Source of the DNA: an uncultured virus (IMG/VR IMGVR_UViG_3300032268_001179)
Taxonomy: Duplodnaviria > Heunggongvirae > Uroviricota > Caudoviricetes
DNA: 20,000 nt
Reading direction: 5' to 3' (one strand)
Virus record (IMG/VR): IMGVR_UViG_3300032268_001179
The notes under the pieces are model-generated. The model had not been told where the DNA came from. It did not search any database and saw nothing but the letters and a program-made list of their open reading frames with translations. How positions within the stretch are numbered: the first letter of the stretch is position 1; each line of letters opens with the position of its first letter. This document shows positions 8,588 through 18,500 of the stretch, one piece after another. A program made the translations under genes and the position numbers.

Positions 8588-9064
8588 TTATAGTTGTTTC
8601 ATTAGTTCATTTATTCTCCTGAGACTCTCTGTAACAGCCGCATTATATTGATCTACGGTTCTACTGTGCACTTGAGATGGTCTCACATTATTGAAATCTT
8701 CTTTCCCATGAGGTTTAATAAATTGATTCGTCATACCAGCATCCATTTTATTTCTTTTGGTCAGTTTGGTATAATCTCTCATTTTTCTCAATTCATTGTT
8801 AACCCAATTTTTCATTTCAAATCCACCATTTAAAATAAATGACGGTTCTTTTTGATTTCCTTTGAAATTATCAAAGAAGTTTTTGATTCTTTTTAATTGT
8901 TTGTACTCAATAAAGTTTTTATCTTGAAGTTCTTTATTTCTATTGAATCCTTCAGTATTTTCATCAGCGTTCTTTACCATTTGAAAACTTTTCTTCAAAT
9001 GATCTCTCAAAGTTGTTGGTAATTCAACTTCTCCTTTTGCCGAGTTATATAAATCTTTATTCAC
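8588..9064 (-). CDS. Hypothetical protein
   Basis: 158-aa ORF overlapping its upstream gene by 8 nt. Basic, with C-terminal helix 'AVTESLRRINELMKQL'. Confidence 0.72.
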   Translation of the reverse strand: MNKDLYNSAKGEVELPTTLRDHLKKSFQMVKNADENTEGFNRNKELQDKNFIEYKQLKRIKNFFDNFKGNQKEPSFILNGGFEMKNWVNNELRKMRDYTKLTKRNKMDAGMTNQFIKPHGKEDFNNVRPSQVHSRTVDQYNAAVTESLRRINELMKQL

Positions 9065-9878
9065 CTTGAATTAGTTTTATCAATTCTTTTTTAGAGATTC
9101 CATGTTTTTCTGCCTGCTTTACTAAAGAATTAAGATTTTTCTTTAACACAGGAGATAGTTGTCCTATTTCTTTACTTGTGGACTTCTTTGTTAAATCAGA
9201 AGAACTTGAATCCTTTTTCTTTGCCAACATATCTTCCACAACTTTAATTGCTTTTTGTTTTTGAATTTCAGATAAAGTTGCTCTTGTTATAAAGTTTGGA
9301 TCGTCATAATATTCTGATTTTTCATCTTTTTTTCCCGACGGGTCTTTTCCCTGTTGTTTTGTTCTTTCTTTTGCATCATCAGGTTCCATTCCCATATCTT
9401 TAACCAAAAACTCATAAGTTTCTTTTCCATCCATGTCTTCGGTTTCCTCATAACCAAACGCACCTGACATATCAATTTCTTTAACTTCACTTTCACCGTA
9501 GTATGTTCTATAACCTCGTGATATTGGATCGTTTGTTATACGAGCAGCAGATACCGTTTGGTCCATAGTTTTTCTTGGATGCAATCTTGGGTCCAAAATT
9601 GGAATTTTGGAATTAGACATACTCCCATCAGAATTTACCAACTCTTCGAGATCGGTTTTTAAAGTTTTTGTATCTTTGATTTTTTTCTCCTTAGCAATTT
9701 TTTTCAGGTGTTTTTTTACCTTTTCACCCTTCTCTTTTTCAAAGTGTATAACCTCATCTTTTTTTCGAGCTTCACTCAAAGTGTTTTCTACTGAGAAGTA
9801 TAATGAATATTTATTGCCCTTATCTCTCATTAAGAAATAATATGGTGATGAAAAAAATTCAGTGTCTATCGGAATCAT
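9057..9878 (-). CDS. Hypothetical protein, Lys/Glu/Asp-rich
   Basis: 273-aa ORF, first gene of the leftward unit. No family recognised. Confidence 0.75.
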   Translation of the reverse strand: MIPIDTEFFSSPYYFLMRDKGNKYSLYFSVENTLSEARKKDEVIHFEKEKGEKVKKHLKKIAKEKKIKDTKTLKTDLEELVNSDGSMSNSKIPILDPRLHPRKTMDQTVSAARITNDPISRGYRTYYGESEVKEIDMSGAFGYEETEDMDGKETYEFLVKDMGMEPDDAKERTKQQGKDPSGKKDEKSEYYDDPNFITRATLSEIQKQKAIKVVEDMLAKKKDSSSSDLTKKSTSKEIGQLSPVLKKNLNSLVKQAEKHGISKKELIKLIQGE

Positions 9879-9893
9879 AGTCTCTTTTTAATC

Positions 9894-9921
9894 TATAAAT
9901 ACTATGACACAAGGTATTTAT
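9894..9921. promoter_or_regulatory. Divergent promoter region with 8-bp inverted repeat ATAAATAC-N11-GTATTTAT
   Basis: Lies in the 52-nt gap between divergent starts 9878(-) and 9931(+). Arms at 9895-9902 and 9914-9921. The left arm is part of TATAAATA (9894-9901), identical to the T4 late-promoter consensus. Confidence 0.55.
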
Positions 9922-9930
9922 CATTAGTTT

Positions 9931-12900
9931 ATGGCATATCAAAATATAAATCAGTATAATTTTAGGCGTTGGGGTATTAAACCCGTAAACGAAATCACAG
10001 ACATCTGTTTGGCTTCTGATGAAAAAGATTATAATCAGGAGGTTATTTTTTCCCCATTATTGATTGGAGAAAATGATGGTAATAGAATGCCATTCAAATT
10101 TGATTTAAAAAATTCGGCAACCACTTTATGCCAATCAGGGACTTGTTCTTTTGATAATGATGTAATTGTTTCTGAAAACTATTGGAATCCTGATGAAATA
10201 GATCCAAATTTTTGCCCTAAAGTTACAGACCTTTGCGATGTTGGTTTGACAGGAATTGACAATGGACTTGTAAAACGCATGTCAGGGGAAACTATTCAAA
10301 TTACAACTGGTTTATATACTTCGAATACCGACAAATACAGTAGATACAAATATGATAGGAGAATGAAAATGCACCCTATCACAGGATTTACTACCACACA
10401 AAATAGATTATGGAATGATGACTCATATGATTATAATCTGAGTTATACAACTGATGGTGGTTCAGTTGGTAATTTTGCCAGATTGAATGGAGGATTTTTT
10501 CAAGGGTTTTATAAAATACCTGGATATGATTATCAAATTTTCCCACAACGAGTATCACTTGGATGGACATCTGAGTTTATGCTCAGATATAGATGGACTG
10601 GTGATACAAACGTTGGATTGAACAATCGATACCCAAATAATAAAGGAACATTCTTTTATATGGGGGCCCGTGCTGAGAATAAGTTTTACCATTATGCTGA
10701 TGGGGAACCAAAACAAGACACAGGATACACACGAGTAACTTCAGGTTTAACTTGTATGCACACTTGTGGGTGCGCTAGTTCAGCAAACACGGCTTCGACT
10801 TGTTTACAAGTATATCAAATTTCAGGAGGGACATCGAAAAATTGTTCTTGCGGATGTAGTTGTGAATGTCAAGTGAGTGCACAATACCCTGAAAAAGATC
10901 CGCTTTATGATGGAGTCTCGAATGGACTTTCTTTACGGTTAAGTGGTGACACAGGTAATCCGAGGCTTTGTATTAAAACATATAGGATTACTGGAGGATG
11001 TGAGACAACAGGAACTTGTCAAACGGGATTAACTTATCACACGGGAACATCGGTAACGGAATGGTGTTCTACACGAGGTATATTTGATGAGTGTAAAAAT
11101 ACACCATATATAAATTTAGAACATTGGGTTCAAATTGATGCCGTATTCCAAAGAAAAGAATGGTTAGACACTTGTGATCTGTATGAAAAAGGTGGATTAG
11201 GTTTACTTGTGGACACAATTTTTACCGCAACTCCAGCTAATAATAGTGTGAGTTTGATTGAACCTCCATTGACTCACGAACAACCTTATGATCCAGCAAC
11301 CACTGAAATTGTCACATTCAATGACAATTGGACTGAAGAACAAATATATCGACTTGGGACTTTAAAACTATTCGTCAACGGAAAGTTGTTTATGGTTGTA
11401 AACAATTTCGAAGAAATAATACCAAGATTACTTAATGTTGAACGAGAAAAACAAATTGGTGTTGGATACAACATATCGTTAGGGGGAGGAACCCAAGGAC
11501 TTAAGGATAACTTGACATTCTCGGGTGGATGTCCTGAGTCGGTGAGTGGAATTACATACCAACAAGATCCTGAGTGTTTAACTACTCACGATTTGGATAA
11601 CACCATTTATTCTGGATTGACTACACACATCAAATTAGAAGAATATTTTGGTGGAAGTATGATTGGTGACGTGAGTGCGTTTAGAATGTATACTGAGCCG
11701 TTAGATGCTTCTCAGATTTGGCACAATTTTAATTTGTTGAAAACAAGATACAATTTACTTGATCCAAAATGTCCAAATTGTGCTATTATCGTTCCTGCAA
11801 ACGATTTAACTTATGAGTTGATTGAAGCGACTCCAACTCCGACTCCAACACCTACTAATACTCCAACTCAGACTTTAACACCTACTAACACCGTAACTCC
11901 AACTAACACAGGAACACCAACTCCAACTAACACTCCTTCTGTAACCCCAACTAACACCCAAACTCCAACTAATACTCAAACTGTAACCAAAACTCCAACT
12001 AATACTGCGACACCAACTAGCACTCCTTCTGTAACCCCAACTAATACTCAAACCGCAACCAAAACTCCTACACCAACTCAGACTCCGACTAATACAGAAA
12101 CTCCGACTCAAACAGTAACACCAACAAATACTGAAACTCCAACACAGACACCAACTAATACGCCAACTAATACTGAAACACCTACTCAGACTCCGACTGA
12201 GACAGAGACTCCTACACCAACTCAGACTCCGACTAATACAGAAACTCCGACTCAAACAGTAACACCAACAAATACTGAAACTCCAACACAGACTAATACT
12301 GAAACACCAACCAACACGCCAACTCCAACTCCAGCAACATTACCAACAGTTACTACTGATGGATATGCAAATTTAAGTAATGGTAGTGCTCAAATAACAG
12401 GAACAATAGTGAGTAATGGAGGTTCAACAATAACACAAAGAGGTATTGTTTGGAGTACTTCTCCAAATCCTACTATATCTAATAATGTAGTGTCTGATGG
12501 TTCAGGTAACCCTGACGCATTAGGACAATTCATACACACCTATGTCATACCGAACCCATTTATTGTCGTATATGTAAGAATATACGCGACTAATGCAGTT
12601 GGTACATCGTATGGTGATCAAGTTAGTTTTACTATGCCTTGTTTCATTAAAGGAACTAAAATAACCTTAGCAAGCGGACTTAGAAAGAACATAGAAGATA
12701 TATCTTATGAAGATTCTCTTTTAGTTTGGAACTTTGATGAAGGAAGATTTGATTCTGCAAACCCTATTTGGATAATGACTCCAGTACTTACTCAATATGT
12801 AAATATTCTCTTTAGTGATGGTTCGAAGCTTGGAATATCTGGACACTTAAATCATGACGGAGGTCACCGTATCTTTAATTTAGATAAGGGAGAATTTACT

Positions 12901-13314
12901 TACGCCATACCTAATGAACATAGCCCTATAGGAACTCGTACATTTAATGATAAAGGGGACATAGTAACAATAGTAGGTAAAGAAGAATCTACCGAGGTTG
13001 AAGAAATTTATAACGTAGTAACAAACCGTCATCTCAACATATTTGCAGAAGGTATTCTTACTTCACGAAGATTAAACAATCTTTATCCTATCGTGGATAT
13101 GAAGTTTATTAAAGACGAAAGGTCTATCACTTTAATAGAAGAATTCAAAGAAGTTCCGATTGAATATTATGAAGGTTTAAGATTAGGGGAACAACCACTA
13201 GCGACTAACTCAGAAGGATTCTTAGTGAAAACACCAGGAGAATTGGCTTATACACTTCCTACTGTAAGTGAATTATCACAATGGACAGTAGAATTTATAA
13301 AGAAAAAGTTGTAG
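9931..13314 (+). CDS. Large putative virion structural protein: Cys-rich / LamG(ConA)-like region, Pro-Thr linker, FN3-like domain, C-terminal Hint domain plus tail
   Basis: LamG-like elements 'HWVQIDAVF', 'LKLFVNGKL', '[24 protein letters not shown]'. PT repeats at aa ~634-801. FN3-like 'LPTVTT...[25 protein letters not shown]...[15 protein letters not shown]'. Hint begins '[13 protein letters not shown]' at aa 904. Confidence 0.8.
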   Translation: MAYQNINQYNFRRWGIKPVNEITDICLASDEKDYNQEVIFSPLLIGENDGNRMPFKFDLKNSATTLCQSGTCSFDNDVIVSENYWNPDEIDPNFCPKVTDLCDVGLTGIDNGLVKRMSGETIQITTGLYTSNTDKYSRYKYDRRMKMHPITGFTTTQNRLWNDDSYDYNLSYTTDGGSVGNFARLNGGFFQGFYKIPGYDYQIFPQRVSLGWTSEFMLRYRWTGDTNVGLNNRYPNNKGTFFYMGARAENKFYHYADGEPKQDTGYTRVTSGLTCMHTCGCASSANTASTCLQVYQISGGTSKNCSCGCSCECQVSAQYPEKDPLYDGVSNGLSLRLSGDTGNPRLCIKTYRITGGCETTGTCQTGLTYHTGTSVTEWCSTRGIFDECKNTPYINLEHWVQIDAVFQRKEWLDTCDLYEKGGLGLLVDTIFTATPANNSVSLIEPPLTHEQPYDPATTEIVTFNDNWTEEQIYRLGTLKLFVNGKLFMVVNNFEEIIPRLLNVEREKQIGVGYNISLGGGTQGLKDNLTFSGGCPESVSGITYQQDPECLTTHDLDNTIYSGLTTHIKLEEYFGGSMIGDVSAFRMYTEPLDASQIWHNFNLLKTRYNLLDPKCPNCAIIVPANDLTYELIEATPTPTPTPTNTPTQTLTPTNTVTPTNTGTPTPTNTPSVTPTNTQTPTNTQTVTKTPTNTATPTSTPSVTPTNTQTATKTPTPTQTPTNTETPTQTVTPTNTETPTQTPTNTPTNTETPTQTPTETETPTPTQTPTNTETPTQTVTPTNTETPTQTNTETPTNTPTPTPATLPTVTTDGYANLSNGSAQITGTIVSNGGSTITQRGIVWSTSPNPTISNNVVSDGSGNPDALGQFIHTYVIPNPFIVVYVRIYATNAVGTSYGDQVSFTMPCFIKGTKITLASGLRKNIEDISYEDSLLVWNFDEGRFDSANPIWIMTPVLTQYVNILFSDGSKLGISGHLNHDGGHRIFNLDKGEFTYAIPNEHSPIGTRTFNDKGDIVTIVGKEESTEVEEIYNVVTNRHLNIFAEGILTSRRLNNLYPIVDMKFIKDERSITLIEEFKEVPIEYYEGLRLGEQPLATNSEGFLVKTPGELAYTLPTVSELSQWTVEFIKKKL
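11830..12333 (+). repeat. Pro-Thr (TPTNT[Q/E]TP) low-complexity coding repeat including an exact 86-bp duplication
   Basis: Encodes [13 protein letters not shown]... The segment 12064-12149 is repeated exactly at 12208-12293 (offset 144). Confidence 0.92.
12640..13065 (+). other. Hint (Hedgehog/intein-like) autoprocessing domain inside the 1127-aa protein
   Basis: Block A '[20 protein letters not shown]...D.LLVWNF', block B His in 'GGHRIF' (12865), block F/G '[20 protein letters not shown]'. No terminal His-Asn and no endonuclease domain. Confidence 0.85.
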
Positions 13315-13321
13315 CCTACTT

Positions 13322-13780
13322 ATGAAGATTCTCTTTCTTGACCATCAAGGAGTAATATACTTAGGGAACGCGATTTGGCCAGATGGTAAACCAATACTCT
13401 TAGATTTTGACCAAGGGGCTGTTAATATTCTTAATGAAATAATAAGAGAGGTAGATTGTGAAATAGTTGTTTCTTCTGACTGGAAAACGTGGGTAGATTT
13501 ACCTAAAATGAAATCCTTTTATATTAAACAGGGAATAATAAAACCTCCAATTGGATATACACCAATAACTAATATTAAGCATTTAGATGATATTGCTTAC
13601 TTAAGATCTAAAGAGATAAGAAAGTGGTTAGATTTTACGGAGAATATTACATCTTGGACTGCAATAGACGACCTTGATATGAGAAAACACCTATCAAACT
13701 TTGTTTGGATTAAGGACTCAGAAAAGGGTATTAAGGAAGAAGGAATAAAGAAAAGGATAATAGAATATTTATTAGAATAA
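13322..13780 (+). CDS. HAD-superfamily protein (Swiss-army-knife RNA-repair-associated HAD type)
   Basis: Motif I 'ILFLDHQGVI', motif II 'IVVSSDWK', 'IGYTP', 'RSKEIRKWL', motif IV 'WTAIDDLDM'. Confidence 0.82.
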   Translation: MKILFLDHQGVIYLGNAIWPDGKPILLDFDQGAVNILNEIIREVDCEIVVSSDWKTWVDLPKMKSFYIKQGIIKPPIGYTPITNIKHLDDIAYLRSKEIRKWLDFTENITSWTAIDDLDMRKHLSNFVWIKDSEKGIKEEGIKKRIIEYLLE

Positions 13781-13807
13781 ATCTCTATCAAGACCTGCAA
13801 GTATAAT

Positions 13808-14371
13808 ATGCCCTGTAACTATTATCAAATAATAAACTACAATAGTGTTGAAAATGGATATTATCGATATACAGGTTGTACTAGTATTGTAAGTGTCGGA
13901 ACCATAACACCATTAAACACGGAGTATGTTTGTGCTGAAGATTTGGTAAAAGAAAGTTATAGTGGGCCGTTGGACATTACAAACATAGGACTATGTCCAA
14001 CGGCTACACCAACTCCGTCTATCACTCCATCAGTAACTCCAACCGTAAGTATAACTCCTACATCAATCACACAAACTCCAACACCGACTTATTCTCCAAC
14101 ACCATCAGTTACTCCATCGGCAGTTTATAAAAGAAATTTACGTGCTGGTGGATGGTATCAAAATGTTTGTCAATCGGTAAATCAAATCGCAAATCCTGCA
14201 AACGCTACGGTATTCACAACGATACCGTTTCACGAACTTGAGATCGGTGACAGAGTTTATGGAAACAGAGAGTTGACAATTCCACCAGTCGGTAACTTCT
14301 TTACATTCTCTGATGGTGCAATTTTCATTCAATTAAGTGGAACTTTGATAATAAACAAAGGCATCTGTTAA
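13808..14371 (+). CDS. Pro/Thr-linker protein with two small Cys-containing domains, putative virion decoration protein
   Basis: N-domain with four Cys (MPCNYY...YTGC...YVCA...GLC), a [12 protein letters not shown] linker, and C-domain 'QNVC...LEIGDRVY...[10 protein letters not shown]'. Confidence 0.7.
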   Translation: MPCNYYQIINYNSVENGYYRYTGCTSIVSVGTITPLNTEYVCAEDLVKESYSGPLDITNIGLCPTATPTPSITPSVTPTVSITPTSITQTPTPTYSPTPSVTPSAVYKRNLRAGGWYQNVCQSVNQIANPANATVFTTIPFHELEIGDRVYGNRELTIPPVGNFFTFSDGAIFIQLSGTLIINKGIC

Positions 14372-14384
14372 AATATATATAGGT

Positions 14385-15548
14385 ATGGCAATTGGAGTAA
14401 GAATATTAAGTAATAATTTGAGTGGTCTAACAACCAACGTAACCTATTTACCAGAATCTGGAGGAACGATTGATTTAGGAACTCAAGTATTTCCATTCGA
14501 ATATTTGTCAGATTATTATTGGGGAACTTACAATTGCTATGTTCCAACATATGCAACAATGTATCCTTTAGTAATCTCGGGACCACCAGCAACTCCAACT
14601 AACACTCCAACAAATACTGCAACTCCGACAAACACTCCAAGTGTAACTCCAACTAATACTCAAACTCCGAGTGTTACTCCTACAAATACGCAAACTCCAA
14701 GTGTAACACCAACTAATACTCAAACTCCAAGTATTACTCCTACAAACACGCAAACACCAAGTACCACTCCTACAAATACACCGACAACAAGTATTACCGC
14801 ATCGGAAACTCCTACGCCAACTGTAACTCCAACAACTACCCAAACACCGAGTGTAACACCGAGTCAAACTCCAACTATAAGTCTTACTCCGACAAATACT
14901 ATAACTCCGACAAATACACCGACTGTCACACCGTCTACTACTCCTCCAAATCCTACTCCAACACCTACACCTACTCAGACACAATTACCATTGGGAGCAT
15001 ATTTGTTTATCGAACCAACATCGGGAGCGACAGCAATAGGTCAATGGCAAACAAGTCAAGGTGTATATTTCTATGGGTTTACGAACATGAGTCAGCCAAG
15101 CTCAGCATTCCAATATTTCCAAGATGATATTGAAGCATATGTTTCATTTAGCGGATGGTCATCAGGTACATTCCCAACCATAATCCGAGCAACAGTCCCT
15201 CAAACTAGTGGTGGAGATGACAGTTTTGGACAGCCAATATATGCTTACAATTTTGTAACAACACAAGTGAATTCATCCGTGTGTTCGGGTGAGGCTTGGT
15301 ATACATGGTTTATACCAACATCATTAACAAATAATGGTGTTCAGAATCAGATTGGATTATCGTTGGCAGGACCTGGAGATACGGTTGCAATCACAATGAA
15401 TAGCACCATTTACGCAAACACATATACTTCAACAGGAGGAACATTACCTCCTGCGACATATCGAGTCTACACAACTTTCCCTGACCCTGAGTTCCAAATC
15501 ACAAACATTGGTAATATTTATTTCAGAGGTAACACAGTAGTACCGTAA
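14385..15548 (+). CDS. Pro/Thr-rich putative virion structural protein
   Basis: 387 aa: about 65-aa N-domain, about 130-aa PT repeat, aromatic/Thr-rich beta-type C-domain. Its stop is 3 nt before the next ATG. Confidence 0.75.
   Translation: MAIGVRILSNNLSGLTTNVTYLPESGGTIDLGTQVFPFEYLSDYYWGTYNCYVPTYATMYPLVISGPPATPTNTPTNTATPTNTPSVTPTNTQTPSVTPTNTQTPSVTPTNTQTPSITPTNTQTPSTTPTNTPTTSITASETPTPTVTPTTTQTPSVTPSQTPTISLTPTNTITPTNTPTVTPSTTPPNPTPTPTPTQTQLPLGAYLFIEPTSGATAIGQWQTSQGVYFYGFTNMSQPSSAFQYFQDDIEAYVSFSGWSSGTFPTIIRATVPQTSGGDDSFGQPIYAYNFVTTQVNSSVCSGEAWYTWFIPTSLTNNGVQNQIGLSLAGPGDTVAITMNSTIYANTYTSTGGTLPPATYRVYTTFPDPEFQITNIGNIYFRGNTVVP
14592..14985 (+). repeat. 30-bp-period coding repeat ([10 protein letters not shown])n within a PT linker
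   Basis: Units such as ccaagtgtaactccaactaatactcaaact recur from about 14637 to 14780. Alternate units are more alike (60-bp super-period). Confidence 0.9.
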
Positions 15549-15551
15549 CAT

Positions 15552-18500
15552 ATGTCGAATTTACCGTATAAAAATCCAATATCCCCCGTACAAGTTAGTG
15601 GTTCTCAAACCGTTCCGAGAAGAAAAAATTTCGGTGTAACTTATAGTGTTTCCAACACGGGTGGTTATATGGAGGTGTATAATTTGACAGACTTGATCTA
15701 TCAAATTCCAAATTTCGGACAAATACAATTCACGGGAAATACAATTCCAATCAATTTTTTTAAGGGTAGTGGCACAACGTTTTCACAAAATGTATTGACG
15801 CTAAATTCCGATAACATTTCTTCAGGTAGAAGAAGGTTGGGAATGTTGGTATATGTTTATGAAACTGACGAAGTATACCAATATTATATTCCAAACTACA
15901 ATAGTTTGTGGAACGCAGCAACTGGGTCCACAGGAATTGGAGGACCAACTGTAGTTCAATCAGATTTTGGTACTACTGTTAGGGGTAATTCACCCGCAGG
16001 TAATTTATTTATAAGTGCATGGACTGGTTCTACAATCGAAGGTGTAAGTGGTGTTACAAAAGAAAATGCTCGTTGGAGGGTGTTCACTGTATCAGGATCA
16101 TCTCAAGGGAGTTCGGGATCTAGTGGTACTTCAGGTACAAGCGGTAGTTCAGGAATTAATGGAACATCGGGAACTTCTGGTGTAAATGGTTCAAGCGGAA
16201 CATCTGGTCTTAACGGAACAAATGGTTCATCTGGAACTAGTGGAGTATCAGGAACAGGAGGAACCTCAGGAACTAGCGGAACTTCGGGTACTAGCGGTAG
16301 TTCAGGAATAAACGGAACATCTGGAACTTCAGGTGTTAATGGTACTAGCGGTACATCAGGTATCAATGGAACATCAGGAACTAGCGGTATATCTGGTACG
16401 GGAGGAACGAGTGGAACTTCAGGAACATCTGGTACTAGCGGTAGTTCGGGTACTAATGGCACTTCAGGTGTTAATGGAACAAGCGGAACATCTGGATTAA
16501 ATGGAACAAATGGTACTTCAGGGACAAGTGGAATATCAGGCACAGGTGGAACAAGTGGAACTTCAGGAATAAGTGGTAGTAGTGGTAGTTCGGGAACTAA
16601 TGGTACTTCAGGTGTTAACGGAACAAGTGGCACTTCAGGTGTCAATGGAACAAGTGGCACCTCTGGATTAAATGGAACGAATGGTACTTCAGGTACTAGC
16701 GGTAGTTCGGGAACCTCAGGTGTTAGTGGTAGTTCGGGGACAAGTGGTACTTCAGGTGTTAATGGAACAAGTGGTACTTCAGGTGTTAACGGAACAAGTG
16801 GTACTTCAGGCGTTAATGGAACAAGTGGCACATCTGGAGTAAATGGAACTTCAGGTTCAAGCGGTAGTTCGGGAACAAGTGGTACATCTGGAATAAATGG
16901 AACAAGTGGGACTAACGGTACATCAGGGACATCTGGTACTTCGGGTGTCAACGGAACAAGTGGAACATCTGGAATAAACGGTACATCAGGAACAAGTGGA
17001 GTTTCGGGATCGGGAGGGACATCAGGAACCTCAGGAAGTAGTGGGACATCAGGAACAAGTGGAGTGTCAGGAACTTCTGGTACTAACGGTACCTCAGGTA
17101 CAAGTGGAATATCAGGAAGTAATGGTACATCAGGAACAAGTGGACTGTCAGGAACTAGCGGAACATCAGGAACAAGTGGACTGTCAGGAACTAGTGGGAC
17201 TTCGGGAATCAACGGGACCTCAGGGACAAGTGGAATAAATGGCACGAGTGGAACTTCAGGTTTATCTGGAACTAGTGGTACTTCAGGAAGTAGCGGAACA
17301 TCAGGAACGTCTGGAATAGATGGAGTAATAGGTAGTAGTGGTTCATCAGGTACGAGTGGGACTTCAGGTTTATCTGGAACTAATGGTACATCGGGGACTA
17401 GCGGCACTTCAGGAATAAGTGGAACTAACGGCACATCAGGGACAAGCGGAACTTCTGGTGTAGATGGAGTAATAGGTAGTAGTGGTTCATCAGGTACGAG
17501 TGGAACATCAGGGACATCTGGTATTTCAGGAACAAGCGGGACTTCGGGAACAAGCGGAACTTCTGGTTTGGATGGAGTAATAGGTAGTAGTGGTTCATCT
17601 GGCACATCAGGTATATCAGGAACATCTGGTACTTCAGGGACTAGTGGAACATCTGGTACTTCAGGAATAAGTGGGACTAATGGAACATCAGGTACATCTG
17701 GTACTTCAGGGACTAGTGCAACATCAGGGACAAGTGGTAGTTCGGGAACAAGCGGAACTTCTGGCACAGGTGGATCTTCAGGAACTAGTGGCACATCAGG
17801 GATAAGTGGAACTTCAGGGACTAGCGGAAGTTCTGGTACAGGCGGATCTTCAGGAACTAGTGGAACTTCAGGGACTAGCGGTACTTCAGGTACTGGTGGT
17901 TCTTCTGGCACATCAGGTATATCAGGAACTAATGGAACATCTGGTACTTCAGGAACAAGTGGAACGTCTGGAACTAGTGGTTCTTCAGGAACAAGTGGGA
18001 CTAATGGAACATCTGGTACGTCAGGTATATCAGGAACTAATGGAACTTCTGGTACTTCAGGAACAAGTGGGACTAATGGAACATCTGGTACGTCAGGAAC
18101 AAGCGGAACTTCTGGCACAAGTGGAACATCTGGTATATCAGGGACTAATGGAACATCTGGCACTTCAGGAACAAGTGGGACATCAGGAACAAATGGGACA
18201 TCGGGTATAAGTGGAACTTCAGGTACAAGTGGGACTTCAGGGACTAATGGTACATCAGGAACATCTGGCACTTCAGGTACAAGTGGAACAAATGGGTCTT
18301 CAGGAACTAGTGGAACATCAGGAAGTAGTGGAATTTCACCTACAGGTTTGGTTGCATCAAATTACGTCGCTAAAGGTTATAAAGGAGGTAGTTCTCAAAC
18401 TGTAACAAACGGGGTAGATGCTGTGGTTACGTTTGTTGATGACTTTGATCCTCAAGGTTGGATTACCTCGAATAGGTTCCAACCAACGATTGCGGGGTAT

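Noticed and set aside
452..9840. Short overlapping ORFs of 60-77 aa (452-643, 2316-2507, 2861-3043, 3217-3423, 5203-5424, 6779-7003, 8648-8833, 9287-9496, 9607-9840)
   Set aside because: They overlap well-supported longer genes in other frames or strands and have no recognisable motifs.
11875..12255. Minus-strand Ser/Trp/Cys/Arg-rich ORF (likewise 14568-14984)
   Set aside because: Antisense shadows of the Pro-Thr repeats.
12640..13065. Canonical splicing intein or mobile homing element
   Set aside because: No terminal His-Asn followed by Cys/Ser/Thr, no LAGLIDADG or HNH domain, and it is not inserted in a conserved enzyme motif.
13312..13341. Stop-codon recoding or read-through of TAG at 13312-13314
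   Set aside because: The frame closes again at TGA nine codons later, and all genes are full-length under the standard code, so there is no sign of an alternative genetic code.
13802..13807. TATAAT immediately before ATG 13808
   Set aside because: It directly abuts the start codon, leaving no room for a transcription start, has no matching -35, and is expected by chance in AT-rich DNA.
16103..18271. 722-aa minus-strand ORF of (P-[DEL]-V)n
   Set aside because: Antisense shadow of the Gly-Thr-Ser repeat: GGN codons give Pro on the reverse strand. It covers only the repeat, whereas the plus frame runs through real globular domains.
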